From the NCBI GenBank assembly GCA_016931155.1, contig JAFGFJ010000006.1:141115-205114 (forward strand): 64,000 nt of DNA, written 5' to 3'. The position numbers and the translations under genes were made by a program. The notes under the pieces were generated by a model. The model made no database searches. It was given only the letters and a program-made list of their open reading frames with translations, and was not told the DNA's origin. The stretch is from Candidatus Dojkabacteria bacterium. GTDB taxonomy: Bacteria > Patescibacteriota > Dojkabacteria > B142 > JAFGFJ01. Shown here one piece after another: positions 55,635 through 64,000 of the stretch (position 1 is its first letter; every line of letters begins with the position of its first letter).

Positions 55635-56909
55635 CCTAATCTTTTGATCCTTCTGTATTTTAGATGCAAATATCCAATACCCAAAAATCAATCCAGCCGT
55701 TACAGACAGCACCCCTAATTGTACATTGACAATTTCCCCGATACTCGAATGATACTGGCTTATCAAAAATATTTGTGCAACTATGGCTATAGTTGCCACC
55801 ACTACGTGCCCTCTTTTGTTGATTGCTATGAGGTAGCTGTGGAAGATATTAATAAAAGAAAGCATTACCATAGCTAGACCAAACTTTCCTATGTATTTGG
55901 CAGTTTCTTTGAAAGAATCACCGTAAAGAAGCCTTACCATAAATTCAGGGAAGAAAACATAGAGTAGTAAAACCGAGGCAACAGCTAAAGTGGCGACCAT
56001 CAATACTGAAACAAAGTTACTTTCGTAATTGCTACCTTTGTTTTTTGCCTTTACGGTAGCCGGGATAATGGCATTTCCAATGCTTGCAGAAAGAAAAAAT
56101 ATTACCCGTCCAAGAATTGAGGTGCTTGCATATATTCCTGATTCGTGGTCTGTCAGATAATGTTTCGCCAGAATAACATCAGCAATCAGAAAAATATTAA
56201 TTGCTGAAGACACAAGAAGTATTGTGAAAAATTCTTTTATATCAAAACTGATTTTTATTTCTTCAATTTTTTCCTTGATTATTTCTTTTATACTGAATAG
56301 TGCATATAATAATGAAACGATACTCCCGGCTACGAGACCTGCTAGAGCACCTGGTGTTTTGAATCCTTGAGTTACTAAAAGCGTTCCTATAAACAATCTA
56401 AATAAAATCTCTATCACATATGCGATAGCGAGTTTTTTGTATTTCTCCAGTCCAAGAAGAACACCAAATAGAATTGACTTCTCAGTCATAAACAGCAGAT
56501 AGGCAAGAATTATTAAATATGACGACGAAGATTCTATTCTCAGGAATTCTTTTAATGAAGGGATCAGGAATATCATTAGTATTCCGATCGCAATTGTTAT
56601 CAGAAAAACAATTTTGCTGAGATGAATTATGAAATACTTCATCCTGTCCTTTTCATTTCTGGAAGCAAGGTCAGATATGTTTTTCGCTGAGAATACTTGT
56701 AAGGCTGTGGCAGGAAGTGTGATGACATAGGTGAGTGAAGCAAGAGCTACAAAATTTCCATATTCAGTGGTTCCTAAAAGGTTTCCAAGGATCAATTGAA
56801 ACAGGTAAGTCCCGAAGTTAACTATCATGGTAGCGGAGAAGAGAATTGCACTGCCTCTGATTAGAGTGTTTGATTTTAGAGAATTTATTTTCTTGAAAAT
56901 TCTGTTCAT
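55614..56909 (-). CDS. Wzx-family oligosaccharide flippase
   Basis: About 12 TMs; LGTTEYG, DVILAKHYL...GIYA, PST-family pattern. Confidence 0.85.
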   Translation of the reverse strand: MNRIFKKINSLKSNTLIRGSAILFSATMIVNFGTYLFQLILGNLLGTTEYGNFVALASLTYVITLPATALQVFSAKNISDLASRNEKDRMKYFIIHLSKIVFLITIAIGILMIFLIPSLKEFLRIESSSSYLIILAYLLFMTEKSILFGVLLGLEKYKKLAIAYVIEILFRLFIGTLLVTQGFKTPGALAGLVAGSIVSLLYALFSIKEIIKEKIEEIKISFDIKEFFTILLVSSAINIFLIADVILAKHYLTDHESGIYASTSILGRVIFFLSASIGNAIIPATVKAKNKGSNYESNFVSVLMVATLAVASVLLLYVFFPEFMVRLLYGDSFKETAKYIGKFGLAMVMLSFINIFHSYLIAINKRGHVVVATIAIVAQIFLISQYHSSIGEIVNVQLGVLSVTAGLIFGYWIFASKIQKDQKIRSTQSFC

Positions 56910-57007
56910 AAAGATATTTTACTGTCTGGTTATTGAGTTGTCCCCAACAACACGATAGTACTCAAAAACTAATAGAAAAAAAAGTAAGCCGGATAATAAA
57001 GAGGCTT

Positions 57008-57499
57008 TCACTTTTTCTTTACTCTAAACACAAAAAACTTGTAAAAGAGAAAACTGGTAATAAGCTGGATAGATGTTGCGAAAAATTTTGCAAGGAGTTT
57101 GTTGCCATCATCCCCTTCTACAAAACCAAAAGTTTCCCGGAGATTTTCTGAAATGAGACTCGCTATATTTAAGACTATGGCACTGACGTTTATTGCCACG
57201 AAAAGAAGAAGGAATAAGTTGTTTGAAAGAAAATTAAATCCCTGAACGAGCATAAATTTCCCGAATTCCAGTGCGACTTTCTTTTCTTCACTTTGCCAAA
57301 CCCAGAACCGGTTGATCACGTAGTTTACGACTATTGCAATGCTAACGGAAATAGAGTTGGCCAAAAGGAATGGGAGTCCAGCTTTTACCCCGATCGAGTA
57401 CAGGGCAAAATCAATAGCAAAAGCGGTTATCCCTGTAATAAAGAATTTGATAAAGCGAGGAGTGAAAAAAGTGTCTTTAACCTTTTTTATTATATTCAT
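57008..57499 (-). CDS. GtrA-family flippase
   Basis: RFIKFFITG..AFAIDF, NYVINRFWVW, SFLFYKFFVF. Confidence 0.85.
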   Translation of the reverse strand: MNIIKKVKDTFFTPRFIKFFITGITAFAIDFALYSIGVKAGLPFLLANSISVSIAIVVNYVINRFWVWQSEEKKVALEFGKFMLVQGFNFLSNNLFLLLFVAINVSAIVLNIASLISENLRETFGFVEGDDGNKLLAKFFATSIQLITSFLFYKFFVFRVKKK

Positions 57500-58205
57500 T
57501 GAAATTGTATTTTGTGAGCCTGATTTTAATCAATTCCGAGAGTGTTTTAAAGTAGTGGAAGGGTTTTACCTTGCTGTCTTCTTTGTGTTCCCACTTTACG
57601 GCAAGCTCTTTTATTTTATAACCCAGCCTTTGTGCGAGGTATAGGATTTCAAAGTCAAAGCCCCATCTCTCAATTTTCTGCATGATAAAAAGCTTCCGGC
57701 ATTTTTTATTGAAGAGTTTGAATCCTGCCTGAGTGTCTTTTATATCTTTGACTAAAATTGTGTTAATAAGAAAATTTCCAACTCTACCCATTACTTTACG
57801 TGGAAGAGAAGTGTTAACTTTTGAATTTGCCATTGCGCGTGAGGCAATTACAATATCGTATTGATCTTTGTACTTTAAAAATTTATCAAGCTCTTCAATA
57901 GGGGTAGAAAGATCACTGTCGCAGAGGTACATATAGTCACCTTTAGCAGCAAGCATTCCTGTTCTGGTAGCATATCCCTTTCCACGGTTCGGCTGATATT
58001 CAAGACCTATGATTTTTACATTTTTTCTCTCGTGTTTCTTTATGAAATCAATTACAACTTCGGTAGTTTTGTCTTTTGAACCGTCACTAACTACAATTAT
58101 TTCACTTTCAAAATTTTTCTTCCCCAAAAAACAGAAGATTTCCTCAAGTGAAGGACGTAGTCTTTTTTCTTCGTTGTAACAAGGGATTACTACTGATAAA
58201 AACAT
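57477..58205 (-). CDS. GT2, dolichyl-phosphate beta-glucosyltransferase-like
   Basis: SVVIPCYNEEKRL, NRGKGYA, DSDLSTP, DTQAGFKLF, WGFDFEIL. Confidence 0.9.
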   Translation of the reverse strand: MFLSVVIPCYNEEKRLRPSLEEIFCFLGKKNFESEIIVVSDGSKDKTTEVVIDFIKKHERKNVKIIGLEYQPNRGKGYATRTGMLAAKGDYMYLCDSDLSTPIEELDKFLKYKDQYDIVIASRAMANSKVNTSLPRKVMGRVGNFLINTILVKDIKDTQAGFKLFNKKCRKLFIMQKIERWGFDFEILYLAQRLGYKIKELAVKWEHKEDSKVKPFHYFKTLSELIKIRLTKYNFNEYNKKG

Positions 58206-58320
58206 TCTATGGTTAATAAATGCATAACTTCTTTGCTTATGCGTACTATTTTATCTATAGATCGAATGAGCGCCAATATCAAGGAAGTATATATTATTCC
58301 GGTTTATTTGAAAAACTCAA

Positions 58321-59700
58321 CTATTTGCCCGTCTTGCTGTATTCTTCCCCAAGAAGACTAGAAAATAACTGGACTTTCTCTGAAACCAGATTTTCATCTT
58401 TAGCTTCAATGCTGAGTCTCACAAATGGCTGAGTATTTGACTCTCTCAAGTTGAATCTCCAGTCAGTAAAATCGAAAGAAATCCCATCTATTTCATTATA
58501 CTTTCCCTCTTTGAATTTATCTTTTAACATTTCAAATATCGCCTTCGTATCTTTAATCTCAAAATTTATCTCTCCGCCTGTAGGATATTTTTCGTAATAG
58601 TCATCACAAAGTTCAGAAAGTTTCTTTTCGCTTTCTGAGAGAAGTTCGAGCATAAGGGCAATTGTAACCATACCCGAATCCCAGAAAAAATAATCTCTGT
58701 AATACATATGTGATGTCGTCTCAAATCCGAAAAGTGCGTTGTATTTTTGCATAGCTTCGCGCATGAAACTTCTTCCGGATTTTGACATGACAGGTATTCC
58801 TCCTGCATTAGAGATTTCTTCATGGGGTGCCCAGATGAGTCTTGTATCGTGAATAATTTTTGGCTTTTCTACTTTTTCTTTTCTTATCAGGTGGGAAGCG
58901 ATCAGGGGACCAGTGTAATAACCACTTGGAGCTCTTCCCTTACTGTCGATAAACGATGCTCTGTCGGCATCTCCATCAAAAGCAATTCCAAAATCAGCAT
59001 TCAAACTTTTTGTTTTTTCTCTAATTTCCCTTATATTTTTTTCTTCTGCGGGATTGGGTGGATGATTCGGAAAACTTCCGTCCGGTTTGAAATGCATCCT
59101 CGTAACATCGAGAGGTAAACCAGCAAAAACTATATCAAAAAACTTTCCTCCAAGCCCGTTACCTGCATCAACAACAACTTTGAGATCTCGTATTTTCTCT
59201 ATATTTATAAAACTCAAGACTTTTTTCCTGTAATCCTGTATCAAATCTTTGTTAATGATTTTTCCTTTCGGAGGACGGGACGGGAAGTTGTTTTCAATGA
59301 TTATTTTTTTAATTTTCTCGAAGCCTGTATTTCCTGCCACAACTGAAGCATTTGCTCCTACTATTTTTGCTCCATTATATTCTTCCGGATTGTGAGAAGC
59401 GGTAACAATAACGGTGCCATCAATTTCTTTCATGCTTGCGGCAGAGAAGTACCCGATCTCGGTGATAATCTCTCCAAGAAAGTAAACGTCGCATCCCATA
59501 TCTGTAATTCCTTCTATGAGAGCCTTTGAGAAAGGTCTGGAAGACTGCCTCATGTCAATTCCTACAGCAATAACTTTTGCATTCCAAAATTTGACGAGAG
59601 CCTTACCTAGGTTTAGGTAGAAATTTTCGGTCAGCTCTTCTCCAATTATTCCACGGATATCGTAGGCGAGAAATATTTTATCAAGAAGGCTTTTGTCCAT
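58321..59700 (-). CDS. Phosphomannomutase/phosphoglucomutase
   Basis: AYDIRG, VTASHNP, FDGDADR. Start moved to ATG 59700. Confidence 0.93.
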   Translation of the reverse strand: MDKSLLDKIFLAYDIRGIIGEELTENFYLNLGKALVKFWNAKVIAVGIDMRQSSRPFSKALIEGITDMGCDVYFLGEIITEIGYFSAASMKEIDGTVIVTASHNPEEYNGAKIVGANASVVAGNTGFEKIKKIIIENNFPSRPPKGKIINKDLIQDYRKKVLSFINIEKIRDLKVVVDAGNGLGGKFFDIVFAGLPLDVTRMHFKPDGSFPNHPPNPAEEKNIREIREKTKSLNADFGIAFDGDADRASFIDSKGRAPSGYYTGPLIASHLIRKEKVEKPKIIHDTRLIWAPHEEISNAGGIPVMSKSGRSFMREAMQKYNALFGFETTSHMYYRDYFFWDSGMVTIALMLELLSESEKKLSELCDDYYEKYPTGGEINFEIKDTKAIFEMLKDKFKEGKYNEIDGISFDFTDWRFNLRESNTQPFVRLSIEAKDENLVSEKVQLFSSLLGEEYSKTGK

Positions 59701-59761
59701 AGGGCAAGTATATTTGAATATACAATCGGTGTAAATTAACCTGAAAAATGAAAACAATTCA

Positions 59762-59876
59762 TAAACCTGTAATTGAAGCTCGTAGAGTATTGGCAAAATC
59801 AGGCTTAAATTTGCGATTTAAGCTCACAGAATCTTGGTATAACCAATCTTAAACCTGCAAGTGAAGTACGTAGAGT
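59762..59876. repeat. Pair of 27-bp imperfect direct repeats (23/27 identical)
   Basis: TAAACCTGTAATTGAAGCTCGTAGAGT at 59762 and TAAACCTGCAAGTGAAGTACGTAGAGT at 59850. Confidence 0.65.
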
Positions 59877-59919
59877 CTCAGTACAATTGGTTCTGAATCT
59901 CCAATTTAGCCTATAGAGA

Positions 59920-60855
59920 TCAGTTTACAAAACCCTTCGTTTTATAAATAGTGTGCTCTTTATCTACGAGCATACCTTCCAATTCTTTCCGTTCAAGCAG
60001 TTTTATCCCATCTCTACCTGCAACAAAAAGGGCGGTTGAGTATGCATCAGCCAGAATCGCACTTTTTGCAACTACAAATGATTGCAGAATTTTACTGCAA
60101 GGTTTCCCTGTTTTTGGATTTAATAAATGGTGAAAATATTTTACTTTCCTTGCCCATGAGCCTGAGGATGCTAGAGCCTGGTTTTTGAGATTCATTTTTC
60201 TGATCACTTCGCTTTTACCTTTTTCGTCAACAAAAAGAAGTCCTGCCGTCCAGGGTTTATTTTCCTTATTAACACCATGCGCATAAATGTCACCCCCTGC
60301 GTTTATCAAGAAATTTTTAAGTGGTAGAAGGACTTTTCTTGCAAGATCCATAGCGTATCCCTTTCCAATCCCGCCAAGATCAATTCTTTGATTTTTGGCA
60401 AGTGTTATCGTTGATGCTTTTTCATTGAGCTTTATGTCTCTGAAGTTTGGACGATCTTTGACAAGTGTATCTATTTCTTTTCGGATTTTTTCCGGATCTT
60501 CCAGAACAGAAAAATCATATCCTTTTTTATAACCGTATGCTTCAATGAGATCGATTATTGTTGGATCAAATGCTCCATCAGTTTCTTCGGCAACGTCAAG
60601 GGAAAATCTTACAAGCCTGAAAAGCTCTTTGCTTGCCTCAAATGCTTTTTTCGAATCATTCAGTTTTGCAAGTTCGCTTGTTTCTTCAAATCTGGTAAAT
60701 CGATTGACAATATATCTAAATTTTGAAAATGCTTCATCTATCTTCTTTTCAATCTCGTCTCTTTCCGCATCGGAAAACACTTTAATATTTAATTTTGAGT
60801 TCATAAAAACTCTCTCCTGTTCTATTATTCTTGGTCTTGTTACTGTCTGGATCAT
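59920..60855 (-). CDS. apbE: FAD:protein FMN transferase
   Basis: TDGAFDPTI, DLGGIGKGYA, INAGGD, ASSG, HHLLNPKTG, ADAYSTA. Confidence 0.93.
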   Translation of the reverse strand: MIQTVTRPRIIEQERVFMNSKLNIKVFSDAERDEIEKKIDEAFSKFRYIVNRFTRFEETSELAKLNDSKKAFEASKELFRLVRFSLDVAEETDGAFDPTIIDLIEAYGYKKGYDFSVLEDPEKIRKEIDTLVKDRPNFRDIKLNEKASTITLAKNQRIDLGGIGKGYAMDLARKVLLPLKNFLINAGGDIYAHGVNKENKPWTAGLLFVDEKGKSEVIRKMNLKNQALASSGSWARKVKYFHHLLNPKTGKPCSKILQSFVVAKSAILADAYSTALFVAGRDGIKLLERKELEGMLVDKEHTIYKTKGFVN

Positions 60856-61544
60856 TATTTCCCAACTTTCCGGTATCTAATTGCGAGCATGATACCTGTC
60901 ATTACAAGAAGTATCCCAACTATTCCGGTGAGTACTGGACTTTCATCGAGAATTCCGCTTTTTGGAAGTCCGGGTGTTGGTATTATGGTTGGAGTTGTGG
61001 TGTCTCCGGTGATTGTTATTACAAGTGGTACAGTTGATGCAGGAATGTTTGTATTATTTGTTCCCGTAAGAGAGCTATGCTCATCCATTATTTCGAGGGT
61101 TACAGTTCCTGTTGCCCGTCCCTCAAATTCTATGTCAGCTACATTTCTATTTACAGTAACTGCAGAGCTTGGAGTTGTAGCGGCAATTTCAATTGTTCCA
61201 ATCTGCTCACTAGCCAGATTTGCATTATCTGTAAAATAAGTATCAGTGAAAGATATTTGTGTTCCGGAAGTCTGTGCGTCTTTATCGATAACTCCAAGTT
61301 TAGTTGGGTCGTATGAAATAACGATTTTGTAAGTATTTATTTCTATGTCATCTGATTCTACTCTTATTGTCACAGTCGTCTTTTCTCCCACTTTGAGCGT
61401 TGCTTTGCTGGTATTGAGAGAGATTTTTGCTCCATCAGTGGTTGTCGCTGGGGGTTGTTCTTCAAATGGTGGAGTAAACGGAAATGTTGGTGCCGCCAGG
61501 GTGTCCAAATTGCTTTGTGCGTATACTTTGTCTAATAAGTTCAT
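60855..61544 (-). CDS. Cohesin-like domain surface protein with LPxTG-like tail
   Basis: ISYDPTKL cohesin-type pattern, Thr/Pro linker, LPKSG followed by a TM and RYRKVGK. Confidence 0.75.
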   Translation of the reverse strand: MNLLDKVYAQSNLDTLAAPTFPFTPPFEEQPPATTTDGAKISLNTSKATLKVGEKTTVTIRVESDDIEINTYKIVISYDPTKLGVIDKDAQTSGTQISFTDTYFTDNANLASEQIGTIEIAATTPSSAVTVNRNVADIEFEGRATGTVTLEIMDEHSSLTGTNNTNIPASTVPLVITITGDTTTPTIIPTPGLPKSGILDESPVLTGIVGILLVMTGIMLAIRYRKVGK

Positions 61545-61685
61545 GTGATAATGATGTCATTTTAGGCTTTTATTGTAAAGTCAAACGATTTGAGGAATTT
61601 TTGTGAGGGTCAAGACTGGAAATTGTTGAAAAATGAAGATTATCAAATAAACTGATTATGAATTAACTCGGACATAACCGATTTG

Positions 61686-61714
61686 TTGCTATTCTTGTTG
61701 AATTTATGTATACT
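61686..61714 (+). promoter_or_regulatory. Promoter of the atp operon, TTGCTA-N17-TATACT
   Basis: Exact 17-nt spacer, upstream of ATG 61771. Confidence 0.55.
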
Positions 61715-61770
61715 CCCTTTGTTTTTCCTTCTTGAGAGATACTCAATATAAATTTATTTGGTTAGTTTTT

Positions 61771-62697
61771 ATGCATTCTATTGCAGCTGGGGTTATAACT
61801 GAAGTGTTTGGAATACCGGTAACAAATACCATGTTGGCGGCAATGCTCACAACTATTACTATTACTATTATAGCTCTTCTAATAAGGAAGAATCTTTCTG
61901 AAAAGCCTGGCAAATTGCAGGCTTTTTTTGAACTTATTTATGATTATATCTATGACCTTTGTGTTTCTATTGCTGACAATAAAAGAGCAGAGAAATTTCT
62001 TCCATGGATACTAAGTTTTTTTCTTTTTATTCTTGTTAGTAATTACTGGGGATTGATCCCGATTTTTGGAGAAGGAATTGTAGTAGAAGAATATTCGGAT
62101 GAAATAAGTTTGACACATAAAGTTAATACAGAAGAGAATACTGTTTTCGAAGTGAGTAAAGACAATCTGGAGTTAGCAGAGGGGACGGGGACTCTAATTA
62201 TTGAGGAAGCAGAGTCAGATGAGGTTGAACTTTCCGAAGAACACGGAGAAGTTACTCTTCTCAGGGGAGCTACAAGTGATCCAAATGCAACATTTGCACT
62301 GTCAGCTGTCTCTTTTGCTTTGGTCATTGGATTTGGCATTTCTGCACACAATCCGATTGGGCTTTTGAAGCACTATATCCAATATGGCTCACTGAAAACG
62401 ATGAAAGGGATTATGCAGATAGTGATGTTTCCGATATTTTTGTTTGTAGGTATTCTCGAAATTATTCTTGAGCCGCTGAAAAGTGTTTCTCTTTCGTTCC
62501 GTTTGTTTGGAAATATTTTTGCAGGGGAAACTCTTGTAAATGCAATGACAATTTTGAATGGTGTGGCCGTTCCTTTTGTAGCAACGCCTTTTTTGCTCCT
62601 TGAGATTCTGGTCGGAGTGATTCAGGCGCTGGTTTTTTCTTTGTTGACCTTGGTATTTTTATCTATAATCACCAAGCAACATTCGGCTGAACACTAA
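61771..62697 (+). CDS. atpB: F0 ATP synthase subunit a
   Basis: PGKLQAFFE, NYWGLIP, SLSFRLFGNIFAGE, LEILVGVIQALVF. Confidence 0.96.
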   Translation: MHSIAAGVITEVFGIPVTNTMLAAMLTTITITIIALLIRKNLSEKPGKLQAFFELIYDYIYDLCVSIADNKRAEKFLPWILSFFLFILVSNYWGLIPIFGEGIVVEEYSDEISLTHKVNTEENTVFEVSKDNLELAEGTGTLIIEEAESDEVELSEEHGEVTLLRGATSDPNATFALSAVSFALVIGFGISAHNPIGLLKHYIQYGSLKTMKGIMQIVMFPIFLFVGILEIILEPLKSVSLSFRLFGNIFAGETLVNAMTILNGVAVPFVATPFLLLEILVGVIQALVFSLLTLVFLSIITKQHSAEH

Positions 62698-62706
62698 ATC
62701 CCGTAA

Positions 62707-62946
<240 letters not shown>

Positions 62947-62970
62947 TAGATTATTATTTATGAATATAAA

Positions 62971-63471
62971 ATGTCGGATATACTTGAAAAGCTGACGATA
63001 AATCCAAAGATTCTGGGATTTATGATCTTGAACTTCCTTGTTCTCGTTGTGGCTTTGAGATTTATTTTATTGAAACCTCTAACTAAGGCAATCAAAGAAC
63101 GGCAGGAAAAAATTGGAAGGGGCTTGGATAATGCGGAAAAAATGGAGAAAAAGATGGCAGAATTTAATGAAAATTACGAGAAAAAAATGATAAAAGTGAA
63201 AGAGGAAACCAAAAGTATTTTGGAAAGGGCAAAGCAGGAAGGAAGACAACTTAGAGAAGAGGAACTAAAGAAAGCAAAGAAAGATGCGACAGCTCTTATT
63301 GAGCAGGCAAAATTGGATATAGTAAAAAGCAAGAAAGAACTTAAACAGGAAGTAAAAGAGGAGATAGGAGTTGTCATGGAAGAGGTCTTCAATAGAGTTT
63401 TAAAGACTGGAATGACAAAGGAACAAAAAGAAGGGCTTGTTAAAGAAGCAATTAAAGAGTTAGAGAAATGA
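62971..63471 (+). CDS. atpF: F0 ATP synthase subunit b
   Basis: N-terminal TM with NFL, KP...ERQ..I, long charged coil; operon position. Confidence 0.93.
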   Translation: MSDILEKLTINPKILGFMILNFLVLVVALRFILLKPLTKAIKERQEKIGRGLDNAEKMEKKMAEFNENYEKKMIKVKEETKSILERAKQEGRQLREEELKKAKKDATALIEQAKLDIVKSKKELKQEVKEEIGVVMEEVFNRVLKTGMTKEQKEGLVKEAIKELEK

Positions 63472-63914
63472 AAAACGTTCAAACAAGACAAATTGCCGTT
63501 AGTTTTGCAAAAGCTTTGAAGGAGGAGCTGGTTTCATCACTTGGGGACGAGAGGCTTGCAGATAAGTCCCTTTCTTCCTTTTACAAGGTAACTACTGATT
63601 TGGTAAGGGTATTAAAAGAAGTGCATAGGGAAGATCTTTTTCTTGAAGCATTCTCCCGGTCTGAAGATACAGCAAGTATGAAGTTAGTAGAAGAGGATTT
63701 AGCTTATGTCCTTTCACCTATTGAATTGACTGAAATACAAGTCAGCTTACTGAAAAAAGTTCTCGGGAAAAAACTGGGAGTAGATGTAAAGATGAAAGTT
63801 GTATTAGATGAAAGTATAAAAGGGGGACTTCTTATAAAGTATAAAGATATGGAAATTGATTTGAGGGCAGAGTCGAAGTTGAAAAAGCTCTTGCAAAATT
63901 TTAATAAAAATTAG
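63468..63914 (+). CDS. atpH: F1 ATP synthase subunit delta (short, divergent N-terminus)
   Basis: C-terminal SPIEL...LDESIKGGLLIKYKDMEID; operon position. Confidence 0.85.
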   Translation: MKNVQTRQIAVSFAKALKEELVSSLGDERLADKSLSSFYKVTTDLVRVLKEVHREDLFLEAFSRSEDTASMKLVEEDLAYVLSPIELTEIQVSLLKKVLGKKLGVDVKMKVVLDESIKGGLLIKYKDMEIDLRAESKLKKLLQNFNKN

Positions 63915-63925
63915 TACAACAACTA

Positions 63926-64000
63926 ATGTCAAATAAATTCATTGAAGAAATAAAAAAGGATCTTTCAAAAACACAAAATTTTGCTGACGTAAAGAACGTT
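63926..64000 (+). CDS. atpA: Start of F1 ATP synthase subunit alpha (partial)
   Basis: MSNKFIEEIKKDLSKTQNFADVKNV open to the window end; called mainly from position after atpH. Confidence 0.65.
   Translation, partial: MSNKFIEEIKKDLSKTQNFADVKNV

Noticed and set aside
59700-59796. N-terminal extension of the phosphohexomutase
   Set aside because: Family homology starts at MDKSLLDKIFLAYDIRG and the extension overlaps the intergenic repeat.
59762-59876. Mini CRISPR array
   Set aside because: Only two imperfect copies, a 61-bp spacer and no cas genes.

Overview
Gene-dense, AT-rich bacterial chromosomal window using standard code 11 (TGA is used as a stop). The gene content and style suggest a reduced Patescibacteria/CPR-type genome, which is an inference only: fermentative xfp-ackA, F-type ATPase, type-2 IleRS, many surface-glycan genes, a sortase-type cohesin protein, and mostly A/U-rich starts without Shine-Dalgarno motifs. 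Housekeeping genes include mltG, ruvX/yqgF, pnp, murJ, holA, recA, rny, parA/parB, lepB, ileS, lgt, fmt, a phosphohexomutase, apbE, atpBEFH and the start of atpA. Accessory regions: (i) 1-7.1 kb, orphan ORFs plus an HTH-ACT regulator facing a very divergent Lys20-type homocitrate-synthase homolog and a methyltransferase; (ii) 21.7-24.1 kb, a wHTH-nucleotidyltransferase, a fused HEPN-MNT and an SGNH pseudogene; (iii) 39.6-59.8 kb, a surface-glycan locus in which the original wzt is truncated and an oppositely oriented cassette supplies a new Wzt with a C-terminal domain, a split WbdD-like methyltransferase plus kinase/coiled-coil pair, a GT2-GT4 fusion and a 1319-aa amidase-subtilase-repeat protein. 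Several unannotated structured non-coding elements were found by hand-pairing: upstream of xfp, pnp and rny, and in a 500-bp gap at 35.4-35.9 kb. No rRNA, tRNA, CRISPR array, transposase or integrase was recognised. All family calls come from motif reading, not database searches.
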